A DNA stretch of 64,000 nt, from positions 190,593 through 254,592 of the IMG/VR virus record IMGVR_UViG_3300010163_000001; one strand, 5' to 3'. Both the position numbers and the translations under genes were made by a program. The notes below the pieces were generated by a model. The model saw nothing but the letters and a program-made list of their open reading frames with translations. It searched no databases and had not been told where the DNA came from. The number at the start of each line of letters is the position of its first letter. The first letter of the stretch is position 1. Source of the DNA: a virus. Taxonomy: Duplodnaviria > Caudoviricetes. This document shows, piece after piece, positions 40,056-50,185 of the stretch.

Positions 40056-42461
40056 TCAAATTTGGGTCACAGCGTCTGACATAATATTGAAATTATAAAT
40101 ATATGCATCAATATCTTGTGGACCATAAAATTCAGAAATTTTGCGTTGCATAAGTTTTTTGATTTCCAATGTATCATGAAGGGATGATATTTCCATATCA
40201 ATATCATAATTTGTAGGTTCCATGAAAACTGCTGCAAATATTTGTTTATTTTTTAATACACAAAGGAAAAATTTATCTGTTCGTATTTTTAAAACATTTG
40301 TATCATCTGGGATATCACGTATGATGAATGTTCTTCCTTTTTTATCCATCGGTATACTCATCTCTATTCTTCCGATTATTGGAATAGTCACATACGTTAA
40401 GGCGCCTGAAGATCCCGGTATCTCTAATATTGAATTTTCGTGTTCATGCCGGATTAAAAAGTCTGAAGCAAGTCCTTTAAAAGCAGTTTCTGGATCAACA
40501 ATTACAATTGTTGAAAAACTTAAATTCCCTATATTACAGATGTTATCTATGGTCTTATTAACCACACTTGTTAATAGGAAGAACGTTTTCTTTTGCGGTG
40601 TTATGTCAATAAGTTTTCCTTTTTCCAACTTAGTTGCATCCCAAACGCAAATACGTGACTTCGTTTCTGTGTTGCACATATAAATATATTTAATATTTGG
40701 CATATTTTTCTTTGACCATTCACTTCGAATAATATAAACCATTCCTGCTCTAAACCTTTCATCAGTAACACGATCTTTATCCGTGGAAAGTAATCCGGTA
40801 TATAAAATTGCATATGGAATATCTGATGGTTCTGTATATATAAGAATGAATAAATTTAACGGTTCTGCACAGTCATAATGTTTACATATATTTGTTAAAT
40901 TTAAGTCCAACAAACGTTCATTAAATATTCCGGCAACTGGAATTGGAGCAAATGATGAGATAGTTGGAGCAGATGACGAAATATTAGTAAATTGTGTTTT
41001 TAAATTAATTAAGGTATTTTTATATTCAATAGTTAATAACCCATCACATAATACTTTTTGTGTTATTAACCCTTTTAAATAATCTGACTCATGAATTAGA
41101 TTATTTTCTATCAGTAAATTATTCGGGTCGAGTAGATGAGTTGTATCGTTCGTGTCTTTCACTTGTATTAAGAGCGTTTTTGAAAAATCATTATTTTTAT
41201 TTTTAATTTTATCTTTAACAGAAGCTTCTTCCGGCTTAGTTATATATCTCATACTTCTAAAAGTATTTGCACCCTGTAAACCAGTAGCGTAATTTTCGGT
41301 TACACAAATATCACTAGCGATTTCATATTTATCATCACCAATGCATACATCAATATTGTGTATTAATATACGTGGAACTAAAAGAGCGTCATCACACTTC
41401 TTATCACATTTCTTGTTTATTCTGCTATTTATTAAAAACTGCCATATTAATACGGAAAGTTGAAGGTTTGTTTTCTTGTCAAAGTGACCTGTTATCATCT
41501 TATTTGCTAAATCTATACCGACAACAATTCCTAACTCCGGTAAATTCATGATAGAAGTATAAGATATTACAGGATATCTATAATAATGGGATTTTACCAC
41601 AAGGATCCCATAAGAACCTTTGTTTTTCTGTAAGTTTCTTAGTGATTCATAGTTAGTAAGCTCAGTCGGAAAACCAAGACCTCCGATGATTGGAACTTCA
41701 TTTCCAGTGAATTCTTCTGACGGAATAATATCACCATTTTTTGTAAATATATAGGGTTCTACACCTGATTGTAATGGATACATACACATGAAATTTGAAA
41801 GATGTAAAGAATTATCAGACGTACCAGTATTAATCGCTGTTTTTTGAGTACATTCATAAACTCCAGTATCCGCCATTTCTCCAATACATGTAGTTACTTC
41901 AATTATGTTATTACCCCATTTACTATTTTTCAATAGTCCGATACAATGTGTTTGTAAATATTTAACATAATTTAATATAGCATCTTCTTTATTTGTTGCC
42001 TTCACCATCTTAATTTCTATGAAAAGCCCATCTTCAGGCTTTATTGCGCATACATAAATTTTTTCTACTTCTTTCTTATTAACTTCTTCCCCTTCCTTTA
42101 ATGTTTTCGCTTCAGCATAACGTTTTTTGTTATTTATCATCTGTACCTTATTATGGATAAATTCTTTTTTAACACTATCCATTGTAGTGTGAATTACCGA
42201 TTTTCTTTTCAGGATTTCACACTTAACGACATTTTCTTCATTAACAGGAAATTCCGCAATTATCTCTGCAAATGATGCGACTTCTAAAATAGCTTCAAGT
42301 GTCTTGACTGGAACCTGTGTCAAATCGTCCATAAGGAAACCACGATATGCATCCATGGCAAGTTCTTCAGATTCTGCCTGTATCACTCTTGTCATAGAGA
42401 AAAATCCAGAATCTCCATTTCTCGTTCCAATTACGTAATTCTTCATTTTTGTTTTTTCCAT
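40056..42461 (-). CDS. Large hypothetical protein
   Basis: AGGAGG RBS before MEKTK at 42461; no recognised motifs. Confidence 0.75.
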   Translation of the reverse strand: MEKTKMKNYVIGTRNGDSGFFSMTRVIQAESEELAMDAYRGFLMDDLTQVPVKTLEAILEVASFAEIIAEFPVNEENVVKCEILKRKSVIHTTMDSVKKEFIHNKVQMINNKKRYAEAKTLKEGEEVNKKEVEKIYVCAIKPEDGLFIEIKMVKATNKEDAILNYVKYLQTHCIGLLKNSKWGNNIIEVTTCIGEMADTGVYECTQKTAINTGTSDNSLHLSNFMCMYPLQSGVEPYIFTKNGDIIPSEEFTGNEVPIIGGLGFPTELTNYESLRNLQKNKGSYGILVVKSHYYRYPVISYTSIMNLPELGIVVGIDLANKMITGHFDKKTNLQLSVLIWQFLINSRINKKCDKKCDDALLVPRILIHNIDVCIGDDKYEIASDICVTENYATGLQGANTFRSMRYITKPEEASVKDKIKNKNNDFSKTLLIQVKDTNDTTHLLDPNNLLIENNLIHESDYLKGLITQKVLCDGLLTIEYKNTLINLKTQFTNISSSAPTISSFAPIPVAGIFNERLLDLNLTNICKHYDCAEPLNLFILIYTEPSDIPYAILYTGLLSTDKDRVTDERFRAGMVYIIRSEWSKKNMPNIKYIYMCNTETKSRICVWDATKLEKGKLIDITPQKKTFFLLTSVVNKTIDNICNIGNLSFSTIVIVDPETAFKGLASDFLIRHEHENSILEIPGSSGALTYVTIPIIGRIEMSIPMDKKGRTFIIRDIPDDTNVLKIRTDKFFLCVLKNKQIFAAVFMEPTNYDIDMEISSLHDTLEIKKLMQRKISEFYGPQDIDAYIYNFNIMSDAVTQI

Positions 42462-42496
42462 TTCTTTTTCCTCCTTAAAATAAAAAATAAAGTGAA

Positions 42497-42537
42497 AAAG
42501 TGGTTGTATAATCAAAGAACTATTATACAACCACTTT
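42497..42537 (-). terminator. Hairpin terminator
   Basis: AAAGTGGTTGTATAAT...ATTATACAACCACTTT. Confidence 0.65.
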
Positions 42538-42569
42538 ACTTATATTAAATTAATATGTCTTTCTAATTG

Positions 42570-43337
42570 TTAGGACAAAATATTCTCAAGAGAGCTTTCT
42601 TCCGGTACCATGCCCTCACTGAAAGGGAGTTCATCTCCAGCATTATCTGGAACATTCATAAATCCAGAGTTTGAACGATTGTTATTGTTTGGAGTATACG
42701 TTTTTCCAGAATCTACAGTTACTCCAAGTTTTGCGGCAATACCTTTTAAGTAATCAAAGATTTTTCCTGTAGTGTAATAATTTCCTTTACGGAAGGAATG
42801 TACAGAGCTGTTGTGTAAATCAAATGCTCCTGCTTCAATATACTTACAAAATACTGCAAACTGCCCTTCTACATTATTTTGTTCAAAGGACGTTCCATCC
42901 GGATTATAATTTTCTATAATGGAAGTTCTTTGGAATTTAAATACGATTGTTTCTTTTGCTCTTCGATCTTCTCCGATATCTTTATAGTATACTGCATAAA
43001 TATCACCTTGCTGAACACGGATTTCAAAGATTGCATCCTTCCTCTTATTTAAGAATATTCCACCATCGTAATCTTCTCCGGCTTCCAAACTTGAAAGAAC
43101 TTTTGGAATGATTTCATTATGAAGAGCTTCTGCTCTTTCAATTGTAATGATGAATGGTTTTCTGGATTCTTGTGGATATGTTCTCTTCCCATTGTCCGCA
43201 ATTGTTGGTTCACATATCATCAATGAAAGAGAATCATCCAGATACCCAAGCTTGAGCCATGTTCCTTTATCATCAAAAAGTGGGATACCAGATGTTGTTA
43301 CCTGATCTCTAAAATTATTATTTGTATTATCAGCCAT
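42570..43337 (-). CDS. Putative ssDNA-binding protein
   Basis: Beta-rich core, Asn-rich linker and SSB-tail-like GFMNVPDNAGDELPF; close to the DNA polymerase gene. Confidence 0.5.
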   Translation of the reverse strand: MADNTNNNFRDQVTTSGIPLFDDKGTWLKLGYLDDSLSLMICEPTIADNGKRTYPQESRKPFIITIERAEALHNEIIPKVLSSLEAGEDYDGGIFLNKRKDAIFEIRVQQGDIYAVYYKDIGEDRRAKETIVFKFQRTSIIENYNPDGTSFEQNNVEGQFAVFCKYIEAGAFDLHNSSVHSFRKGNYYTTGKIFDYLKGIAAKLGVTVDSGKTYTPNNNNRSNSGFMNVPDNAGDELPFSEGMVPEESSLENILS

Positions 43338-43401
43338 AGTTTAAAAATCCTCCTTTTAATAATCTACTTTTATTTCATATTCTTGTATTAAGGAATAGTT
43401 T

Positions 43402-43830
43402 TTATGGTAGTTGAAAATTATACGTATTACAGATTAATTCAGTAAGTTTCCTTCTAAATAACATTTGATTTCCTTTTCCATATTCTACAGGTATTTGTGT
43501 AAGAGCGATGATTTCTTTTCCATAAATCCTTGCGCAGCAATATTCAATCAGACAACCATTTGCATCTATAAATCGATGAGTACCAGTATCTGCAGCAACT
43601 AAAATATCTGCTTGATCTAATAATGAAATAGAATCTCCTAGATACCACAGAGAGCCAGCGTTCTCCGGTGGATCATTTTTAGTAAATGTATCAATCAAAT
43701 CAACCTCCTCATCTAATAGTTTTTCTACTTTCTCTTTAATATTTTTCCTTTCCTCTAAGACAAACCCGTCATTTATCCCTCTCATTGGTTGACTAATAAA
43801 AATTTTCTTCTTTCTTAATAATTCTGACAT
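43402..43830 (-). CDS. Nucleoside 2-deoxyribosyltransferase-like / DUF4406-like protein
   Basis: KIFISQPMRG...LGDSISLLDQAD...ANGCLIE. Confidence 0.65.
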   Translation of the reverse strand: MSELLRKKKIFISQPMRGINDGFVLEERKNIKEKVEKLLDEEVDLIDTFTKNDPPENAGSLWYLGDSISLLDQADILVAADTGTHRFIDANGCLIEYCCARIYGKEIIALTQIPVEYGKGNQMLFRRKLTELICNTYNFQLP

Positions 43831-44018
43831 AATATCTTTATCCTCCTTATTTTTTATAAATGTTATTATTTCATTTTCTTTCTTAATTTTTTATGCTCTT
43901 TCTGAACTGATTTCTTTTTTATTTTTTTGGCTTTCTTGATCAGTTCATCAAATGGTGTAAATTCATCATCTTTCATGATAACCTCCTTTATATTATTCTA
44001 TATAATTAATATAGAATA

Positions 44019-46061
44019 TTATAAACTTATAATATTACTAATATACTCTGTAGATGCATTCGTCTTTAAGGATGTTAATCCTAATGACTTTAATATCGGT
44101 GAAATAAGATTCATTGCATCTAAAACGACCTTATCCGAATCCATGATATAAAAGAACCATTCCGGCATTTCAATTTCATTATTTCTCGGCTTTGCAATAG
44201 AAGTAAGAGTCATCTTTCGGATTAAGTCATTTTGATTTCCATATATATTTGATTCTAATTTATGATATACATCTGGAAATCTTTCTTTAAAATCTAATAC
44301 AAGTTTTTCATTTTTCCAAACCATTTTTCCTTTTTTGTTATCATATTGAGGTCCTGTTAAATCTATAATCGGAACGATATCACAATCTACTGGTAATTCC
44401 ATGGAATATTGTGGATTTAATGTATTCCATAATAATACTGCAGTGACTCCTTGTGTAGAATATGGTTCTTTATAATGTTCTATTAACTGAACACTTGATT
44501 GTTTAAAGAAGGTGCTTTCATTATTCTCTAAACTCTCTTCAATTTCTTTCCGAACTTTTAACACTTTTTTATAGATGTTTTCCACATCAATATAATCCGC
44601 ACAAAGAATGTCCTCCTCGCAAATCTTTGTATAAATTTCTCTTAAATAAGTTTTTGTTGTAGCTTTCTTAAAATCAAATCCTGTAATTTTTGGATCTCCT
44701 TTTCCACCATTTAATAATTGTCCTTCTTGTAATACTGCGTTAGAAACATATCGCTTCTTTGCATCAGTGAATATAATTCTTGATAAGTAAAATTCGTTCT
44801 TCATTACTAGTCGATCTGCATGTTTCTTCTTTGTATTCATATTTCTGCATAATGTGTGCAATGCCATATCAATGACAGATGATAAGAACATGGCTAACAA
44901 ATTAACTGAAATAAATTCAATTTCTTCAACTGGCTTGTTAAACTGGTTCTCCAAAACTTCTTCTTTTACAAAAGTAACCCATTCGTTTAATCCTAAGAAG
45001 TTTGAGTCAGTATCTACATATAATACATTATTTCTATCAGTATACATAGCTTTTCGAACTCTATCAAAAATTGGATAATCATAAACTACAAATACTTTAT
45101 AGAACTCTGTAATTTCATCTATATATTGAAGAATTTGATCATCATTAATTTTATCTCGTTCTGGCGCTTTTAATTCTTTCAAGTTATTTATAATATATCG
45201 TACTTTTTCCATTATAAATGGTAATCTGGTAAATTCATATAAATTATTCTTATAATATAAAAGAACCTTCTCTCCATATTCCATATTTTCCACCATCTGT
45301 GTTACATTATATACAAATATATCAGTGTGTTGAAACGCACATATGTTAAGTAATCTTTCCACTACTTTCTCATTAATGTTATCAATATGAAAAACAGAGA
45401 AATCCATATTTTCTTTGTATTCGTTGCATACATTTGTAATATGTTGATAGAGTTCTTCTTCTGTATTGTAACGAACTCCTCCTGCTAAGAAGTTTTCAAA
45501 TGCCATAACTGCTGTTGTAATAATCTGCCTACCAATATTTGTAGTTGCCTCTGCAATGAATCGATTGTATAATACAAATCTTTCATATCCGTGAACTCCA
45601 TATAATGAGTTAATAATAACTTTCATAGCGTTTTGTAATACGTCATAGTAAATCCACTGATCTGATCCATCTGGACACTTCTTTCGTAACTTTTTATAAT
45701 TCCCTCTTAATTCCTGTCTTGATGTAATATAGTCATACATTAAATTTGGTCTACCTGGAGTATCGTGTTGGACATATAATGTTCCTCCACCTCCAATAAT
45801 CCATTGCTGTTCATGTATTGTATCAATTAGTGATAATAAGTCGGTCGATACATATTTATTCATGTAATTATTAACAACTTTTACTTGTGGATTCACCATG
45901 TTTTCATGAACTATTTTATCTAGGTACTTATCAATTTTCTTTTCACTTAAAGGTCTCCCTTTAAATCGCAACTTTATACGTCGTCTCATCTCATCTTTCC
46001 ACTGGGATATAAAAATAGCCTCTTTACCTGGAATTTTCACTATATCACCCTTTCCTGTCAC
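44019..46061 (-). CDS. Family B DNA polymerase, split subunit
   Basis: QNAMKVIINSLYG (motif B), YVDTDS (motif C), KKRY, GFDFKK; no exonuclease motifs or motif A seen. Confidence 0.9.
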   Translation of the reverse strand: MTGKGDIVKIPGKEAIFISQWKDEMRRRIKLRFKGRPLSEKKIDKYLDKIVHENMVNPQVKVVNNYMNKYVSTDLLSLIDTIHEQQWIIGGGGTLYVQHDTPGRPNLMYDYITSRQELRGNYKKLRKKCPDGSDQWIYYDVLQNAMKVIINSLYGVHGYERFVLYNRFIAEATTNIGRQIITTAVMAFENFLAGGVRYNTEEELYQHITNVCNEYKENMDFSVFHIDNINEKVVERLLNICAFQHTDIFVYNVTQMVENMEYGEKVLLYYKNNLYEFTRLPFIMEKVRYIINNLKELKAPERDKINDDQILQYIDEITEFYKVFVVYDYPIFDRVRKAMYTDRNNVLYVDTDSNFLGLNEWVTFVKEEVLENQFNKPVEEIEFISVNLLAMFLSSVIDMALHTLCRNMNTKKKHADRLVMKNEFYLSRIIFTDAKKRYVSNAVLQEGQLLNGGKGDPKITGFDFKKATTKTYLREIYTKICEEDILCADYIDVENIYKKVLKVRKEIEESLENNESTFFKQSSVQLIEHYKEPYSTQGVTAVLLWNTLNPQYSMELPVDCDIVPIIDLTGPQYDNKKGKMVWKNEKLVLDFKERFPDVYHKLESNIYGNQNDLIRKMTLTSIAKPRNNEIEMPEWFFYIMDSDKVVLDAMNLISPILKSLGLTSLKTNASTEYISNIISL

Positions 46062-46125
46062 ATTTTAAATTATCGTTTCATTTAATATTACTTAATAAAA
46101 AATATAGCATCATAGAAAAAAGAAA

Positions 46126-46153
46126 AAAAGATGAGACCGAAATCTCACCTTTT
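46126..46153 (-). terminator. Intrinsic terminator closing pentamer array 3
   Basis: AAAAGATGAGA-ccgaaa-TCTCACCTTTT with a long minus-strand T-tract. Confidence 0.6.
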
Positions 46154-46154
46154 A

Positions 46155-46268
46155 CAACACATATTCAATGCATTACTGAACACTGCTAAACTCTTCCATT
46201 ACAGTACTAATCAACACCATTCCATAACTTTACTTAACCCATCGCTACCCTACCTTTTCAATACAGTA
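46155..46268. repeat. Pentamer-periodic array 3
   Basis: caatg catta ctgaa cactg ctaaa ctctt c catta cagta ctaat caaca ccatt c cataa cttta cttaa cccat cgcta cccta c ctttt caata cagta. Confidence 0.85.
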
Positions 46269-46985
46269 TTACTCAAAGGTATACACCTTATCATACACCT
46301 TGATCTGAGATATATTCCCTTCAAGTTCGGGGGATACATAACTAATATCTCCCATCTGACGCACTGTTTGAGATAATGCGTCTTTTTCTACCAGGAATTC
46401 ACCAACACTTCCATCACTAGAGTGCCAACGATGTGTTGGATCAGTATGCTCATCTGCTTTTTGATCTGCCATGATACATTTAATCGTTGCTCCGTTTTCC
46501 ATAATTAGGTCTATGTAGGCACCAATGGGTGCGTTATAATAAGACCCAACTGCAACGCACAACCTTCCATCTATTTCTCTGATTCCAGATGGTGCTGTAT
46601 ATGCAGCCCAGTTTTGCAATTTCCATTGCATACTGGACCTCGATGTAATACATCTCCAGCTCATAAAACTTTTAAATGAGCCTCCTGGAGAGTCGTAAAT
46701 TGTATAGCTGCCTAATTCTTTTTCTTGAGATTCTGGCTCCGGCGTCTCACAACATTCAGCATCATTCATCTCTTCTTTCATTTTTTTTTCTTCTGCTATT
46801 CTTGCTTCACGTAATGCATCAGAAAATGTTTTTGAAACTCCAGCAGTGCCTGTATTGTCATTTAGGCAGCGGGCTAATGTTGCGGAAATACCTGCGTATG
46901 GTCTCGCTTCCACTTGGATTGGCGCCTGTGCACCACTTAATACACCTACAATAATTGCAATTAATAATAATTTTTTCATTTTCAT
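46269..46985 (-). CDS. Secreted protein, putative 3D/double-psi-barrel cell-wall enzyme
   Basis: Signal peptide MKMKKLLLIAIIVGVL...VEA; GRLCVAVGSYY..IGAYIDLIMENG..CIMADQKAD domain. Confidence 0.55.
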   Translation of the reverse strand: MKMKKLLLIAIIVGVLSGAQAPIQVEARPYAGISATLARCLNDNTGTAGVSKTFSDALREARIAEEKKMKEEMNDAECCETPEPESQEKELGSYTIYDSPGGSFKSFMSWRCITSRSSMQWKLQNWAAYTAPSGIREIDGRLCVAVGSYYNAPIGAYIDLIMENGATIKCIMADQKADEHTDPTHRWHSSDGSVGEFLVEKDALSQTVRQMGDISYVSPELEGNISQIKVYDKVYTFE

Positions 46986-47170
46986 TTTTTATTTCCTCCT
47001 TTGTTATTTATTATCATTGCTATATAAATAATATAGTACTAAAAAATGTAAAATAACTGAAAGATTAAAATGTTGTTGAATAGGGATTGTATTTGAATAT
47101 TTATAACATTAGAATAATTCGGAATTAAAAAGGAAAACTTCTAAATAAAAATAAATAAAGAAAGGATGAC

Positions 47171-47701
47171 ATGATTATGGATAATGATGTTTTTGGATTC
47201 TTAAATGAAATTCCTGTAGATGAGGTAACTCTTTCTCCGGCAGATGAAAGTGCAATCTTTTTAGCTGCTCTCCAGGATATGTGTACTCCGGAAGAGTATA
47301 ATGAATTAGTCATGGAAAATGCAACTGAGCTTGAATTATACGGTCTGATTGATAATGCTTCTATTGTAACAGAAGCAAAAAAGATTGTCTATAAACAGAC
47401 AAAACAGATGAATCTTAACCGTGAACAGGCTAAGGCTGCAATTCAGATGTCTAAGAATGCAAATGATCCATTGTACAAGAAGTACCACAAGGGTCGTTCT
47501 ATGATGGTAGAAGCTCGCGATGATATCTACAAGAAATATCAGGCAAAGGCTCGGAGTGAAGCAAAACGGATTGTTTCTAATTCCAAGAGAAAAGCTGCAT
47601 CCATGAATTCTGCAGTAGGCTCACGTATTGAGCAGAAGATGGAAAAGAAGATTTCTGATGTTAGATCTGGAAAGAAAATTGGAGCAGGTGTTGCTGCATA
47701 A
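47171..47701 (+). CDS. Putative internal head protein (acidic propeptide, basic mature part)
   Basis: Late promoter AACAttagaaTA at 47105-47116; ATE and VTE motifs precede a Lys-rich half. Confidence 0.55.
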   Translation: MIMDNDVFGFLNEIPVDEVTLSPADESAIFLAALQDMCTPEEYNELVMENATELELYGLIDNASIVTEAKKIVYKQTKQMNLNREQAKAAIQMSKNANDPLYKKYHKGRSMMVEARDDIYKKYQAKARSEAKRIVSNSKRKAASMNSAVGSRIEQKMEKKISDVRSGKKIGAGVAA

Positions 47702-47708
47702 AAAGTTG

Positions 47709-47741
47709 AAAGCAGGTTGCGAAATGCTCGCAACCTGCTTT
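47709..47741 (+). terminator. Intrinsic terminator
   Basis: AAAGCAGGTTGCGA-aatgc-TCGCAACCTGCTTT with T-tract. Confidence 0.75.
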
Positions 47742-47765
47742 TATTAACTTAGGAGGTGAAAATTT

Positions 47766-48503
47766 ATGGGATTATATAATTTATCAGAATTCTTTACTAC
47801 AGTAAAAGAAGAGGTTGGTATTGCAGATCTCCCACTTCCAGTTTCCGATGAAAAGTTATTGGATCATTTTAAAAGAACTACCCTCGTAGATTTTTCAATT
47901 GCATACCCGAGAATAGAATCTTGTTATGTTTCCGATGATGATTTAGTAAACAGAGTACAAAATTCTTATAACTCTTTTTATGAATATAAAATTCCAAAAT
48001 GGGTATATGATGGAACATGCATTTTATCTATTTCAAATTTTGAAGTTACTAGACCAAATGGTTATTCAGATTTCTTTATTCCAAATGCGAATTGGGCTTC
48101 TCCTGATGCAGTTATAGCAGCTATGGCAGATGTACGAATGGCCGCTGGAGTTGCTTCTGCCATGTCGAAAGCACCAACTGCAGATTTTCATAAGCCAGAT
48201 AAGATTCGTGTTTTTAATGGATGGGCTGGTGGAATATATGAAGTAGAATTACTATTAAAACATGATGACAGTTTAGTTACTGTTCCGGAAGGGTCTTTTT
48301 ATTCATTAAGGGAATTAGCTACATTAGATATGCAAGCGTATTTGTATAAAAAGTTAAAAAGAAAAAATAACCAAGATCTTGGTGTCGGTAGCAGTGATTT
48401 GAAAATAGATGACTGGGCTAATGCAGAATCAGACAGAAAAGAATTGGTTAAGGAATGGATGAGTGAAGCAAACTTAGAGTACGCACATATAAAAAGATGG
48501 TAA
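47766..48503 (+). CDS. Putative neck / head-tail connector protein
   Basis: 245 aa; LRELATLDMQAYLY...LKIDDWANAESDRKELVKEW resembles gp13-like neck proteins. Confidence 0.45.
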   Translation: MGLYNLSEFFTTVKEEVGIADLPLPVSDEKLLDHFKRTTLVDFSIAYPRIESCYVSDDDLVNRVQNSYNSFYEYKIPKWVYDGTCILSISNFEVTRPNGYSDFFIPNANWASPDAVIAAMADVRMAAGVASAMSKAPTADFHKPDKIRVFNGWAGGIYEVELLLKHDDSLVTVPEGSFYSLRELATLDMQAYLYKKLKRKNNQDLGVGSSDLKIDDWANAESDRKELVKEWMSEANLEYAHIKRW

Positions 48504-48538
48504 AAAAAGAGCACCTGCTAGAAACGGGTGCTCTTTTT
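48504..48538. terminator. Bidirectional terminator
   Basis: AAAAAGAGCACC...GGTGCTCTTTTT between convergent genes. Confidence 0.7.
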
Positions 48539-48544
48539 ATGTTT

Positions 48545-48793
48545 TTAAAATGGAAGCATATACATTTTATCATTTATGCAGTTAATCGATACAATTTCAT
48601 CTTCCGTCCAGCCAGAACCTGGCTTTGTGATTTCATCTAAAAAAGTTTCTTTTTCTCGTGTTGTATTAAATCTTCCGGCAACACGAAGTTCTCCGTCATC
48701 TGAAGATACGAATGTTACTGTCCAACCTTTATCTGGTTTATCTTCCAATTCTACTGTCGATGTCCAGAGTTTTATTTTATCGTCTTTACTCAC
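48545..48793 (-). CDS. Hypothetical protein
   Basis: 82 aa, GTG start with GGAGGG RBS. Confidence 0.65.
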   Translation of the reverse strand: MSKDDKIKLWTSTVELEDKPDKGWTVTFVSSDDGELRVAGRFNTTREKETFLDEITKPGSGWTEDEIVSINCINDKMYMLPF

Positions 48794-48936
48794 TATTCTT
48801 CTCCCTCCTGACCTTCCTTTTTACTCATAGTTTTCACAATTACTAGCAATAAAAGTATTCCAAAAATCACTGTTAATGATATTCCAGCACACACTCCACA
48901 TATGAATCCAATAATAAATTTTGTACTAAATGCCAT
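48793..48936 (-). CDS. Small single-pass membrane protein (47 aa)
   Basis: Below track cutoff; MAFSTKFIIGFICGVCAGISLTVIFGILLLLVIVKTMSKKEGQEGEE; fills the operon gap with a GGAGG RBS. Confidence 0.6.
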   Translation of the reverse strand: MAFSTKFIIGFICGVCAGISLTVIFGILLLLVIVKTMSKKEGQEGEE

Positions 48937-48938
48937 TT

Positions 48939-49736
48939 TTAAACCCTCCAATCATTCATTTTACTATAGTTGTTATATGCTGTATCAAATGCTTCTAAAT
49001 TTTTACCTCCCGGTATTGCAAAAATGACTCGTTTAAATGAACCATAAAATCGATTAAATAACGCACTAAAAAATAGTGTTGCCGTTAAGTCAGGCGAGTT
49101 ACCGAATGCGCCACAACCGAATGCTCCAAGTATAAGATTATCCACTTCATTTAATCGAGCAATTTTTAATATTTTCTTAATGCGTGCATTCATAACATCT
49201 GTTAAGTAACCAAATTTAATGGAACCGAACTTCTTAATAGCAACCTTTGCATTAGGAGCTGCACATACAATAACATTGCACTCTGATACCACATCATATT
49301 CATTTCGGAAGTATACATCTGGAATGTACATACAATTATCTGTATATAGTCCGTTATTTTTAAGCTTCTTATTATTTTTATAAAATTCCGGCTTCCTTTT
49401 TAAAATGCTGTATAAATTACTTCTCATACATAACATTTCCTCTTGACTATTTGCGCCTGTTAGAAATCCTCCTCCAGGTTTTAAATAAGACGCAAAATCT
49501 AATACACAAAGATTTTCCTCTGGATAACAATCATGATACCATGTAATTGCTGTGGCTGCATCAATATCTTTAATTTTAATAATTGTAGATTCATACCGGG
49601 GAGGTAAACATTCGATATTTTCATCATATGGATATATTATGGTGTTATCGACACTATGCCACGTTCGAAATGTTTGTTCTGATTCCATTTCTAAATGCCA
49701 TTCATTTCGATTTTTTTGTTTTTCTTTTGTTGTCAT
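48939..49736 (-). CDS. Bacterial-type PARG / TIGR02452-family macrodomain ADP-ribose glycohydrolase
   Basis: LDFASYLKPGGGFLTGANSQEEMLC, VIVCAAPN, LILGAFGCGAFGN. Confidence 0.88.
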   Translation of the reverse strand: MTTKEKQKNRNEWHLEMESEQTFRTWHSVDNTIIYPYDENIECLPPRYESTIIKIKDIDAATAITWYHDCYPEENLCVLDFASYLKPGGGFLTGANSQEEMLCMRSNLYSILKRKPEFYKNNKKLKNNGLYTDNCMYIPDVYFRNEYDVVSECNVIVCAAPNAKVAIKKFGSIKFGYLTDVMNARIKKILKIARLNEVDNLILGAFGCGAFGNSPDLTATLFFSALFNRFYGSFKRVIFAIPGGKNLEAFDTAYNNYSKMNDWRV

Positions 49737-49748
49737 ATAAACTCCTTT

Positions 49749-50120
49749 CTAATATAACCAGTTACCTAGTGCAGGTTCGTGATCTTTTTCTGTAAGACAT
49801 GCCATTACAAATTTCACTCCTCCTTGTTCATGGATACAATTTGAGGAAGACAATTTTATCTTTTTGAAACCTGGCATGTCTAAAACATATTCATATGAAT
49901 CATTAATTGATTCTTCTGTATGTTTATCAGAGATATGACATACGTTTGCAGAAAAAACCTGCCTCTTAAGTTGTGTTATCACAACAATTTCATTTGGGTT
50001 TCCTTTTATTTCCCCATATAAGGGAATATGCGGACCGGAATTTTCAACAACGTCATCCGGTAAGAAGCCTTCAATCTTGATAAGTGTAATCTCAGTTTTT
50101 TCATTCTTGGTATTTTCCAT
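49749..50120 (-). CDS. Hypothetical protein
   Basis: 123 aa with RBS. Confidence 0.7.
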   Translation of the reverse strand: MENTKNEKTEITLIKIEGFLPDDVVENSGPHIPLYGEIKGNPNEIVVITQLKRQVFSANVCHISDKHTEESINDSYEYVLDMPGFKKIKLSSSNCIHEQGGVKFVMACLTEKDHEPALGNWLY

Positions 50121-50185
50121 AAGTTCTTCTCCTCTCTATTATTTATATAAAATAAATATGTGAAAGTAAAATTATGGTGTGGTAT

